A DNA stretch of 64,000 nt. Origin: an uncultured Chloroflexia bacterium (GTDB lineage Bacteria; Chloroflexota; Limnocylindria; Limnocylindrales; CSP1-4). The position numbers and the translations under genes were made by a program. Location of the stretch: positions 832,001-896,000 of the forward strand of contig CAWEYL010000001.1 in assembly GCA_963813335.1 (NCBI GenBank), written 5' to 3'. Below are positions 1-11,100 of the stretch, in pieces; position 1 is the first letter of the stretch, and every line of letters starts with the position of its first letter. The notes beneath the pieces are model-generated. The model searched no databases. It was not told where the DNA came from and saw nothing but the letters and a program-made list of their open reading frames with translations.

Positions 1-673
1 TCACGCCCGAGATCCAGCGGCCGACGAACCGCGGGCACAGGTCGGGATCCTCGACCTCGACGGCGAGGCTCGCCGACACCGGCGGTCCGCTCTCGACCGC
101 GTCGGTGGGCGGGAAGCGCAGCGGCGAACCGGTGAGGGCCGCGACCTCACGCGCGAGGCCGACGATCGAGAGGGCGTCGCCGCGGTTCGGCTTCACGTCG
201 ACATCGAGCACGGTGTCGCCGTAGAGCGCGGTCAGCTCGGCGCCGAGGGTCGTGCCTGCCGGCAGGATCAGGATGCCGTCGGCATCGACGGTCAGCCCCA
301 GCTCGTCGCCGGAGCAGAGCATCCCGTTGCTGACCACGCCCATCTTCTCGGTCCGCTCGATGCGCCGGTCCCCGGGCAGGACGGCGCCGGGCAGGGCCAC
401 GGGCACCCGCTGGCCAGGGGCGATGTTCGTCGCTCCGCAGACGATCTCGAGCGGCTCCCCTGCCCCGACGGATACGGTGGTGAGCGACAGCCGGTCGGCC
501 CGCGGGTGCTTCTCCACGGTGAGCAGCTCGCCGACGACGACGTTGCGCCAGTCGGCGCCCCACGCCTCGATGCCCTTGACCTCCATGCCGAGCATCGTCA
601 GGCGCTCGGCGAGGACCTCCGGGGCCAGATCGACGTCGACGTACTCGCGTAACCACGAAAGCGGGACTCTCAT
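1..673 (-). CDS. pheT: Phenylalanine--tRNA ligase beta subunit (5' part; runs off window start)
   Basis: Reverse strand from ATG at 673 reads MRVPLSWLREYVDVDLAPEVLAERLTMLGMEV..., then HPRADRL, IVCGATN, GMLCSGDELG and PNRGDALSIVGLAREVAA; directly follows pheS. Confidence 0.96.
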   Translation of the reverse strand, partial: MRVPLSWLREYVDVDLAPEVLAERLTMLGMEVKGIEAWGADWRNVVVGELLTVEKHPRADRLSLTTVSVGAGEPLEIVCGATNIAPGQRVPVALPGAVLPGDRRIERTEKMGVVSNGMLCSGDELGLTVDADGILILPAGTTLGAELTALYGDTVLDVDVKPNRGDALSIVGLAREVAALTGSPLRFPPTDAVESGPPVSASLAVEVEDPDLCPRFVGRWISGV

Positions 674-733
674 GCCATCACGACCTCTCCGAGGTCCGAG
701 GCGACGCTCCTGCGAGCCATCGGCCCGAGGATC

Positions 734-1775
<1,042 letters not shown>

Positions 1776-1804
1776 GAACGTCCTTCCTGCTGGGCGGGAA
1801 TCAC

Positions 1805-1836
1805 GAGCCCTCGAGCGTCAGCGACGTCGAGGGCTC
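1805..1836 (-). terminator. GC-rich hairpin between rplT and pheS (possible terminator or processing stem)
   Basis: Perfect 10-bp inverted repeat GAGCCCTCGA(1805-1814)/TCGAGGGCTC(1827-1836); no strong U tract. Confidence 0.4.
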
Positions 1837-1873
1837 ATCGTAGGGGCTCGGTCGGCGGTCGACCGACCGGTGT

Positions 1874-2224
1874 CTAGGCGCCCTTGGCGAGCTCGGCGAT
1901 CCGGCCGAAGGTGGCCGCGTCGCGGATCGCCAGGTCGGCGAGGATCTTGCGGTCGATCTCCACGTCGGCGCGCTTCAGGCCGCTGATGAACTGGCCGTAG
2001 GTGAGGCCGTTCTGGCGGGCCGCGGCGTTGATGCGGATGACCCACAGCTGGCGCATCTGGCGCTTGCGCTGCTTGCGGTCGCGGGTCGCGTAGGCGAGCG
2101 CGTGGAGCAGCGCCTCGCGGGCTGGCTTGATCAGCCGCGACTTGGTGCCCTTGCGGCCTTCCGCGTCCTGGAGGAGGCGCTTGTGGCGCCGGTGGGCCGT
2201 GACGCCCCGCTTGACTCGAGCCAT
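1874..2224 (-). CDS. rplT: 50S ribosomal protein L20
   Basis: [15 protein letters not shown]...[22 protein letters not shown]...[10 protein letters not shown]. Confidence 0.98.
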   Translation of the reverse strand: MARVKRGVTAHRRHKRLLQDAEGRKGTKSRLIKPAREALLHALAYATRDRKQRKRQMRQLWVIRINAAARQNGLTYGQFISGLKRADVEIDRKILADLAIRDAATFGRIAELAKGA

Positions 2225-2242
2225 GGTGGTGGTATCGCCTTC

Positions 2243-2440
2243 CTACAGGTACGGCAGCAGGCGTCGGACCTGCTTCGCGTGCACCGCTCCGATCACGGCC
2301 TTGCCGGCGTAGCGCCGGGTGCGGCGGGAGGACTTGATCTCGAGGTGGTGGCCGCTCCACGCCTTGACGCGGATGACCTTGCCGCTGCCGGTCACGCCGA
2401 TGCGCTTCTGGGCGGCCTTGTGGCTCTTGATCTTGGGCAC
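2243..2440 (-). CDS. rpmI: 50S ribosomal protein L35
   Basis: MPKIKSHKAAQKRIGVTGSGKV...LLPYL; lies between infC and rplT. Confidence 0.97.
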   Translation of the reverse strand: MPKIKSHKAAQKRIGVTGSGKVIRVKAWSGHHLEIKSSRRTRRYAGKAVIGAVHAKQVRRLLPYL

Positions 2441-2446
2441 GTCGCC

Positions 2447-3280
2447 TTACTCTCCTGTCGCGGCCGGCGTCGCCGGCGCTTCTTCGGTCTTCCTGGCCGC
2501 CGACGCGGCGGTGCTGGTCTTCGCGGCCGGGGCCTTGGGGGCCGCGGCCGGCTTCGCTTCCGTCTTCGGTTCGGCCTTCGCCTCGGCCTTCGGTGCCGGC
2601 TTCGCGGCCGGTTCGGCCGGGGCGCTGGCGTCGGTCTTCGGTTCGGCCGTCGCGACCGGCTGGGCCGGGGCTGCGGCGGCGGCTGGCGGCGTCGCGACCG
2701 GCGCGGGCGTGGCGGGCCCATCGGCTCCGTCGTGGTCGCCCGCCCTGGCCGGTGCCTCGTGGCCCTTGGGCTTGTGGGTCGACGCCATCGTGATGTACAT
2801 CGACTTGCCTTCGAGCAACGGGACCCGTTCCGGGACACCGTGGTCCTTGACTCGGTCCGAGAACCGGGCGATGAGGTTCCGCCCGATCTCCGGATGGGTC
2901 AATTCCCGACCGCGGAAGCGCACCGTCACCTTGATCCGGTCGCCATCCTCGAGGAACTCGATGGCTCGATGGACCTTGGTGTCGAAGTCGCCTACGCCGA
3001 TCTTCGGCGAGAGGCGGACCTCCTTGAAGGTCACCGAGCGCTGCTTGCGCTTGGCTTCCTTCTCGCGCTTCGTGAGTTCGTACTTGTACTGGCCGAAATC
3101 GAGGAACTTGACCACCGGCGGCGACGCCAGCGGAGCAACCTCCACGAGGTCCAGGCCGCGTTCCTGCGCCATCTCGAGCGCCCGTGGCGTGGGCATCACA
3201 CCCAGCTGGGCATTCTCTTCATCGATCACCCGGACCTGAGGGATCCGGATCATCTGATTCACACGCAGGTCTCGGCTGAT
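2447..3280 (-). CDS. infC: Translation initiation factor IF-3, probable ATC start, long Ala/Pro/Lys-rich C-terminal tail
   Basis: RVNQMIRIPQVRVID, LDLVEVAP...PPVVKFLDFGQYKYE, KVTVRFRGRE; SD GAGGGGTG precedes in-frame ATC at 3278-3280. Confidence 0.95.
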   Translation of the reverse strand: MSRDLRVNQMIRIPQVRVIDEENAQLGVMPTPRALEMAQERGLDLVEVAPLASPPVVKFLDFGQYKYELTKREKEAKRKQRSVTFKEVRLSPKIGVGDFDTKVHRAIEFLEDGDRIKVTVRFRGRELTHPEIGRNLIARFSDRVKDHGVPERVPLLEGKSMYITMASTHKPKGHEAPARAGDHDGADGPATPAPVATPPAAAAAPAQPVATAEPKTDASAPAEPAAKPAPKAEAKAEPKTEAKPAAAPKAPAAKTSTAASAARKTEEAPATPAATGE

Positions 3281-3363
3281 GGTTCACCCCTCGTCCGCTA
3301 CGGATCGATCGTCCAGTCCGGTCCGACACGCGCGCTCACGCGCCCGTTCCGGGCCGAGGGCGG

Positions 3364-3393
3364 AGGATAGCACACGGGTTCCCAACGCGACAA
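3364..3393 (-). promoter_or_regulatory. Putative sigma70-type promoter of infC-rpmI-rplT
   Basis: Minus strand TTGTCG-18 nt-TATCCT with extended -10 (TGcTATCCT). Confidence 0.5.
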
Positions 3394-3408
3394 CGACGAG
3401 GGGCATCC

Positions 3409-5255
3409 TCAACCCGCGCCGCGGGCCGCGGACTCCGCGGCGAGCCGGTCGGCGAAGGCCTCCCACGCCTGCGGCTCCTGCTGCTCCCCGGCGCGCGTCC
3501 GAGGCGACGCGGTCCGCGCCTCCACCTCGCGGTCGCCCAGGACCACCATGTACGGCACCTTCTGCTCCTGGGCCGCGCGGATCTTGTATTGCATCCGGTT
3601 CGAGGAGTCGTCCACCTCGACCCGCAAGCCCCGGCCGCGGAGCAGGCCGGCCAGCTCGGTCGCCGCCTCGATGTGGCGGTCCGCGATGGGGATGATCGTC
3701 GCCTGGACGGGTGCCAGCCACAACGGGAAGGCGCCCGCGAAGTGCTCCACGAGGATCCCGATGAACCGTTCCAGCGAGCCGTAGATGGCGCGGTGGATGG
3801 CGATCGGGCGCTGCGGCTGGCCCTCCTCGTCGATGTAGGTGAGGTCGAACCGCTCGGGGAGCATCACCAGGTCCGCCTGGATGGTCGCCATCTGCCATTC
3901 GCGACCGAGCGCGTCGTCGATGTAGATGTCGATCTTCGGGGCGTAGAAGGTGCCGTCCCTGGGCTTGACGACATAGGGCACGCCCGATCGCTCGAGGGCC
4001 TCCTTGATCAGGGCCTCGGCGCGGTCCCACAGCGCCGGGTCGCCGATGGCCTTGTCCGGCTTCGTGGCGAAGGCGAAGCGCGGCTCGAGCCCCACCCAGC
4101 CGTACGCCTCGCGGACCTCGCCCAGGAGCGCCTCGATCTCGGCGGCCAGCTGGTCCGGCCGCACGTAGATGTGGGCGTCGTCCTGGATGAACTGGCGGAC
4201 CCGGGTCAGCCCGGACAGCGAGCCCGAGCGCTCGTTGCGGTGGAGCCGGCCGTACTCGTTCAGGCGCAGCGGCAGGTCGCGGTACGAGCGCAGCCGGCTG
4301 CGGTAGATGAACGTCGACTCCGGGCAGTTCATCGGCTTGAGGCTGAACAGCTGGTTCTCGGCCTCGACGATGAACATGTTCTCGGCGTAGTGGTCCCAGT
4401 GGCCGGACTGCCGCCACAGGCGGTCGGACACGAGGATCGGCGTGCTGACCTCCTGGTAGCCGCGCCGCTCCTGGAGCTCGCGCATCGCCCCCTCGAGCGT
4501 GCGCCAGATCAGCTGGCCCTTGGGATGCCAGAACGCGGATCCCGGCGAGACGTCGTGGAAGCTGAACAGGTCGAGCGCGACGCCCAGCTTGCGGTGGTCG
4601 CGCTTCTTCGCCTCGGCGCGCCGCCACAGGAACTGGTCCAGTTCCTCCTGCGTCGCCCAGGCCGTGCCGTAGATGCGCTGGAGCATCGGGCGCTTCTCGT
4701 CGCCGCGCCAGTACGCACCGGCGACCGCGAGCAGCTTGAACGGCCCCACGTTGCCGGTGCTGGCGATGTGCGGCCCGCGGCACAGGTCGATGAACGGGCC
4801 CTGCTGGTAGAAGGTCGTCGGCGGCATCGGCGTCCCGTCGCGCTCGGAGTCGGCGACAAGGTCGTCGACGATCTCCACCTTGAACGGCTGGTCGCGCTCC
4901 ACGAGGAAGGCGCGCGCCTCGGCCGGCGTCTTCTCGCTCAGCACGAAGGGGTGGTCGGCGGCGATGCTCGCGCGCATCCGCGCCTCGATGGCCTCGAGGT
5001 CGTCGGGCGTGAACGGCCGGGCCGCCTGGAAGTCGTAGTAGAACCCGTCGGTGATGACCGGCCCGATCCCGAGCTTGGTGCCGGGGAACAGGTCGAGCAC
5101 CGCTTCCGCGAGGATGTGCGCCGCGGAATGGCGCATCGGACCGAGCTCGCCGGTCGCCCCGTGCTCGAACAGCTCCTCGGCCGAGCCGCGCTCGGGCGCC
5201 TCGAAGCCGACCTCGTCCTCGACGACGCCACGTCCGCCGGTCCCTGCTCGCTCAT
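3409..5255 (-). CDS. thrS: Threonine--tRNA ligase, no N-terminal TGS domain (probable frameshift near 5230)
   Basis: MRHSAAHILAEAV, DLCRGPH, GAYWRGDE, KPMNCP, GLTRVRQFIQDDAH, HRAIYGSLERF; ATG at 5255 with AGGGAG SD is one base out of frame. Confidence 0.95.
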
Positions 5256-5280
5256 CGGTGTCACTCCCTGGAGAATCACG

Positions 5281-5437
5281 AAACCCCTCGTCCAACGACA
5301 GGACGAGAGGTTCACTCCCGCGGTCCCACCCGCCTTCGCGAGCCGACGGCTCGCGCGCTCGTGGTCGCGCTAACGGGCGACGCCCGGGCCGGTTCGCCGG
5401 CCGCTCACGGGTGGTGCCGTTCCGGGTCGATCGTCGA
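5281..5437 (-). promoter_or_regulatory. T-box riboswitch upstream of thrS
   Basis: Minus strand GGGTGGGACCGCG T-box motif (5319-5331), terminator hairpin CCTCTCGTCC-TGTCGTT-GGACGAGGGGTTT, stem IIA/B motif GCCCGTTA, ACC (Thr) triplets in a short 5' domain. Confidence 0.85.
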
Positions 5438-5593
5438 GCTTGCAGCGGATGCTCGACTCTCTGTGGATCGCTGGACCGTCGGCGCGTCCCGATCGACGCT
5501 CATCTTCGAAGTACCGCATGCGACCCGATCTGCGCGAGTCGCGAGGGTAGTGTAGGTGATGCGGCAAGGTGTCTGGGTGAGTGGGTTCCGGCC

Positions 5594-6478
5594 ATGACGG
5601 ACGACGAGCTGATCGCGCTCGAGCACGAGAACTGGATCGCGTACCTGACAGGCGTGGTCGGCTGTGCGTCGCACGCCACCGTGACGCGCGCCGACGGGGT
5701 GGTCACGATCCTGACCGGCCTGCCGTTCGACTGGTTCAACCAGGTCCTGGTGGAGCACGAGGGGGCGACGCGAGACGGCGTGCTCGCCGGGGTGGCCCGG
5801 GCGCGCGAGCGGGGTGACCCCTTCGTCGTTCGCCTGCGCGACGGCACCGATGATCGTTTCGTCCGGACCCTGGCCGACGCGGGGCTGGAGCCGGCGAGGG
5901 AGCCGTCGACGCCCGGCATGATCGCGTTCCCGATCGACCACGATCCGATCGCACGACAGACGGCTCCCGAGCTCGAGGTCCGCCGCGTGACGGACGCCAC
6001 CGGTATCGAGGTCCATCGCCAGGTCGTGACCGCCGGGTTCGGTTCGGATCGCACGGTCGCCCTGGGAACCGCGTGCCCGGACCTCCTCGATCGGCCGGAG
6101 TGCGTCGTCTACATCGGCTACGCGGCCGGCACCCCGGTCGCCTCGGGGCTGGGCTGGCGCAGCGGGCGGACCATCGGCGTCTACAGCATCGCGACCATCC
6201 CGTCAGCGCGCCGACGCGGGCACGGCGCGGCGATGACGGCACACGTGGTGGCCGACGGCGTGGACGCCGGCTGCGACGTGGCGGCGCTCCAGGCCAGCGA
6301 GATGGGCCGCCCGATCTACGAGCGCGAGGGCTTCCGGACGGTCGTCAGCTATGTCGCCTACGTCGATCGCGCCGCGCGTCACGACACGTTGACCTCACGT
6401 GCGCATTCGGTGGTAGTGTCCACGCCGGGAGGAAGCGGATCGGCCCCCGGCGAGGACATCGGACGAGCTGCCACATGA
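5594..6478 (+). CDS. GNAT-family N-acetyltransferase
   Basis: IGVYSIATIPSARRRGHGAAMT acetyl-CoA motif; LQASEMGRPIYEREGF; stop overlaps next ATG (ATGA). Confidence 0.88.
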   Translation: MTDDELIALEHENWIAYLTGVVGCASHATVTRADGVVTILTGLPFDWFNQVLVEHEGATRDGVLAGVARARERGDPFVVRLRDGTDDRFVRTLADAGLEPAREPSTPGMIAFPIDHDPIARQTAPELEVRRVTDATGIEVHRQVVTAGFGSDRTVALGTACPDLLDRPECVVYIGYAAGTPVASGLGWRSGRTIGVYSIATIPSARRRGHGAAMTAHVVADGVDAGCDVAALQASEMGRPIYEREGFRTVVSYVAYVDRAARHDTLTSRAHSVVVSTPGGSGSAPGEDIGRAAT

Positions 6479-6765
6479 CCCCCGATTGCGATCACGTCGA
6501 GCCCGACACGCGCGTCGGCGCGCCCCTCCAGGTCTGCTCCGCGTGCGTCGAGATGGGCGGCACATGGGTCCATCTCCGGCAGTGCCTCACCTGCGGGCTC
6601 ACGGCCTGCTGCGACCTGAGCCCGAACCGGCATGCGACGGCCCATTTCCGCGAGACGGCCCATCCGATGATCCGGACGGCGCAGCCCGACGAAGACTGGC
6701 GCTGGTGCTACGAGGACGACCGCCTGTATCAGCCCGCCCCAGCCAGCCGGAGAGAGGTCCCATGA
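6475..6765 (+). CDS. UBP-type zinc finger protein
   Basis: CDH...CSAC...WVHLRQCLTCGLTACCDLSPNRHATAHF...WRWCYED. Confidence 0.9.
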   Translation: MTPDCDHVEPDTRVGAPLQVCSACVEMGGTWVHLRQCLTCGLTACCDLSPNRHATAHFRETAHPMIRTAQPDEDWRWCYEDDRLYQPAPASRREVP

Positions 6766-8100
6766 CCGAGAGTGTCGCGCCCGGCCCGCACGGTCCGCTG
6801 GCCAGCGTCCTGGATGTCCGCCGGGGGCCGGATGATGCGCACAGCGGGGGCCTCGAGCATCGGGAGGCGCTGATCTACGCGCTCGGCAAGGGCGCCGAGC
6901 TCGAGCACCTCGTGATGCTCCAGTACCTGTTCGCGGCGTTCTCGCTCAAGCAGCAGGTCGAGGAGGGTCTGACACCCGAGACGCTCGTCGCCGTCCAGCG
7001 CTGGCGCAAGACCCTCCTGGAGATCAGCGAGCAGGAGATGCTCCATCTCGCGCTCGTCCAGAACCTGCTGACGGCGGTCGGCGCGGCCCCGCGTCTCGCC
7101 CGACCGAACTTTCCGATGCCCGCCTACGCGTACCCGGCCGGCGTCCGGATCGAGCTGGTGCCGTTCGGCGAGTCCGCCCTCCGCCACTTCGCCTTCCTCG
7201 AGCGGCCGGACGGGATGGACATCGAGGATGCCGAGGGCTTCGAGGCGATCGCGCAGGCCGTCGCGCTGCCGCACGACGAGCACGACGAGATCGTCCCCCA
7301 CCTGCAGGAGTTCGACACCATCGGCCAGCTCTACCGGTCCATCCAGGCGGGCCTCGAGCACCTGGACGAGCGGCTCGGCTCGGAGCGCCTGTTCATCGGG
7401 CCCGCGCGCGCGCAGGCCACCGCGGAGCATTTCCGGTGGCCGGAGCTCGTCGCCGTCACCGACCTCCGATCCGCGCAGCAGGCGATCGACACCATCGTCG
7501 AGCAGGGCGAGGGAGCCCGTGGCGAGTGGCGCGACGCCCACTTCGGTCGCCTGTTGGGCATCCTCGACGAGTACCTCGAGCTCAAGCACCGGGATCCGGG
7601 CTTCGAGCCCGCCCGGTCGGTCGTGGCGGCCAACGTCCGGCCGCAGCCGAGCTGGGGTCATGGTGCCGCTGATCACCGATCCCGGGACGACTCGCGCGAT
7701 GGACTTGCTCAACGTCACCTACGAGGTGCTGCTCCAGCTGCTGTCGCGCTACTTCGCGAACACGGACGAGTCGCCGGAGCAGCTCGAGGTCCTGGCCGAC
7801 GTGTCGGTCGGGCTGATGTACACGGCCATCAAGCCGCTCGGCACGGTCGTCACCACGCTGCCGGTCGGGCCCCATCTGCCGGGCGTGACCGCAGGCCCGG
7901 GCTTCGAGCTCTTCTACCAGGTCGACTACCTGCTGCCGCATCGGGAGGCTGCCTGGGTCCTGATGGAGGAGCGTCTGCGAGATGCCGCGGCGTTCGCCGT
8001 CCGGTGTGGGCAACTGTGTACCCCCGCCTTGATGGAGCCACTCGCCAAGGTGGCTCGGTCGCTCGAGAAGTACGCCGACCAGCTCAAGGCCGCGACATGA
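6762..8100 (+). CDS. Ferritin-like domain protein (VioB/IPP dimer synthase-type ferritin-like domain; frameshift near 7650)
   Basis: ELEHLVMLQYLFAAFSLK, EQEMLHLALVQNLLTAVG, TIGQLY, IVEQGEG, AHFGR; second frame continues PLITDP...TAGPGFELFY to 8100. Confidence 0.82.
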
Positions 8101-8132
8101 GGTCGCGCGATCTCGGCCGAGCGCCGCGGCGT

Positions 8133-8138
8133 CATAAT
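8133..8138 (+). promoter_or_regulatory. -10 element of a probable leaderless transcript for the STAND-LuxR gene
   Basis: CATAAT 7 nt before ATG 8146; no SD. Confidence 0.5.
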
Positions 8139-8145
8139 CCGCCGC

Positions 8146-11100
8146 ATGCTGGAAGGATCGCCGTCCTCGGAGTACGGCACGGCCCCGCGGGTGGCCGACG
8201 TCAGCGTGCTCGATCCCCTCGTCGGCTCCCAGTGCTCGCTTGCGGTCCAGCTGCGCCGGGCGACGGGCGCGGTCATCGGACGGAACGCCGAGCTCGACGC
8301 CGTCGCCCAGGAGTTGCGCGAGGCCTCGGGCCGCCTCGCCGCGGTGACCCTGGAGGGCGAGCCGGGGATCGGCAAGACCCGCCTGTTGCTTGCCGCCAGC
8401 GAGCTCGCGTCGGCGAGCGGGTTCGCCTGTGTCGCGGTCACGGCCGATGAGGAGATCCGCGGCCCGTTCCTCGTGGCTCGCAGCCTGTTCGCCTCCAGCG
8501 CGATCCAGCAGATGGCGGCGGGGACGCCGGCGGAGGCCGCCGTCAGGCGGGTGGTCGAGGCCATCTCCGGGCGTGACGAGCCCGGGTTCGAGGCCCTGTC
8601 GCCGGACGCGAAGCTCCTCCGGGCCTTCGACCTGGCGGGCGTCGCGGTCTCGACACTCGCCGGGATCCGCCCGCTGGCCCTGCTCATCGACGATGTCCAG
8701 TGGGCCGACGACGACTCCCTCCGGCTCCTCCGCTACGTCGTGCGCAGCGACGCCGACCGGCCGGTCTTCCTGTTCCTCACGATCCGGCCGGATGAGTTCG
8801 CGTCGGCCACCGAGGCGGTGAACTTCGTCGCCGACATGGAGCGGATGGGCCTCGTCCGACGATTGCGGCCCGGCCGGTTCAGCTCGGTGGAGACGGCTGA
8901 GCTCCTGAAGCGTGTCCTTGGCGGTCCGGTCGAGGCCGCATCCGCGGCCGCCCTGCAGGCCCAGTCGGAGGGCGTGCCGTTCATCGTCGAGGAGCTGGCC
9001 CGTACGCACCGCGAGGCCGGCACGTTCCAGCAGATCGCGGGACAGTGGCGGCTCAGCCGCAGCGCCGCCCGACTCGTCCCATCCGCGGTCCGGACGCTCA
9101 TCGACCGCCGCGCCGCGCGGCTCCCGGCCCGGACGCGGGCGTCGCTGGGGGACGCGGCGATCCTCGGCCGCAGCTTCAGCCTTCGAGACCTCAGGGCGAT
9201 CCGGATGCGGGTGGGTGACGGCGAGGTCGCCGCGGAGGCGGCGAGTCGCGACCGCACGGCACCGGTCGAGGCGGCTGCCCAGGGCGGGGTGGCGGGGCCG
9301 GGCGACGATGTCGACCCACTCGCCGACGATCTCGCGCCGGCCGTCCGGGCGGGCCTCCTGCTTCCGCAGGCACAGGGCGAGCCCGCGGACTACACGTTCA
9401 CCCACGAACAGGTCCGCCAGTTCGCCGCGAGCCTGCTGACGGCGGCCCGTCGCCGGCAGGTGCACGCGGCCGTCGTCGACCTGCTGCTCGAGGGTGGCGA
9501 GCCTTCGGCGGCGGGCTTGCCGATGCTCGCCCAGCACGCCCTCGCGGCCGGCGACACCGGGCGGGCCGCACGGTTCTCGATCGACGCCGCGACGGCGGCC
9601 CTCGCCTCGAATGCGCCGGAGGAGGCGCTCCGACTGGTCGAACAGGCGCTTCCGGTCGTGTCGACGCCGGCCGACCGACGGGTCCTCCTCGCGACCCGCG
9701 ACGACGCGTTCGCCGTCCTGCGCCGGACGGGCGAGCGGCTGGACGGCCTGACCGAGCTGGCCGCCCTGGCGGAAGCGATGCGCGATCCGAACGTCGAGCT
9801 CGACGTGCAGCTCCGGCGTGCATCCGCGCTCCGGATGAGCCACGACGAGGACGCCGCCGCGGAGTTGGCTCGTCGCGTCCGCGACCGCGCGGCCCAGCAG
9901 GGCGACGCCGCACTGGAGCTCCGGGCGTCGCTCGAGCTGGGCCAGGCGCTCCTGCGCAGCCCGCTGGGCGAGTCGTTCGGCGGCGCGGCTGCCGAGGTCG
10001 ACCTCGACGGTTCCGAGCAGGCCTATCGCCGCGCGATCGAGCTGGCGGAGCAGCTGGGCGACGAGCGCAGCCTCGCAGCCGCCCTCCGCGAGATCGGGAT
10101 GATCGACTTCTCGCGCGGTCGCGCCTGGTTCGGCGGAGAAGTCCGCGCCGGTCGTGCGAACGAGATGCTCGCGATCCTCGCGACCGGCACCAGCGTCGAG
10201 GAGATGATCCTGTCGACGCCGATCGGACCGCTGTTCGTCGAGGCGACCCAGGTCCTCGAGCGAGCACTGGGCATCTTCGAGCGGCTCGGCGACCGGACGG
10301 GCGTCATGTCCACGGTCATCGCCATGGCCTACATCCAATACGGGCCGGTCATGCACCTGTCGTCCTCGGCGCGACATCTCGAGGAGATCCGGCGCGTGAC
10401 GAGCCGCCTGTCCGAGCTCGTCACGGAGAGCGAGCGGGCCCGCCTCGACCTCCAGATGCTGTTCGGCGTCCACGTGTACTCCATGGCCAAGGTGGTGCCG
10501 GACCTCGCCCTCTCCCGCGGCGAGGACGCCTACCGGGCGGCCAGGCTCCAGGGCGACCGGACGATCGAGTTCCTCGCCGCCGGCGGGGTGGCGATGAGCC
10601 TGCTCGAGCTCGGCGACGTCGTCGAGGCGGAGCGCTGGATCGACCTGGCCGCCGCGGCGGCGTCGATGGCGCCGTCGCGACCGCGCGCGCGACAGCTCGA
10701 GACCTGGCGCGGGATGGCTCGAGCCGGAGCGGGCGACGTCGACGGGATGCGCCGGCATCTCGAGCGCGCCGTGGTGCTGGCGACCGAGGGCGGACGGGCG
10801 TCCGCGCGGTGCGAGGCCCTGGCCCGCCTCGCCCTCGAGGCGGCGCGGCTCGTGGCGGTCGGCTCGTCCGATGGGGCACCGCCCGACGACGGCGCACCGG
10901 ATCCGGCGCTGGTGGAGCTTGTCGAGCGGTCGGCAGCGCAGGTCAAGGAGCTCTTGCCGCTCCTGCCCGGACACGCGTCGTGGGGCGCCCAGGCCGACGC
11001 CGCACTCGCCACGGTCGCCCTCGTGCGCGGCGACATCCCGGGCGCCGCCATGGCCGGCGGTGCGGCCCTCGAGGCGCTCCAGGCCGGGCTGCACGAGGAC

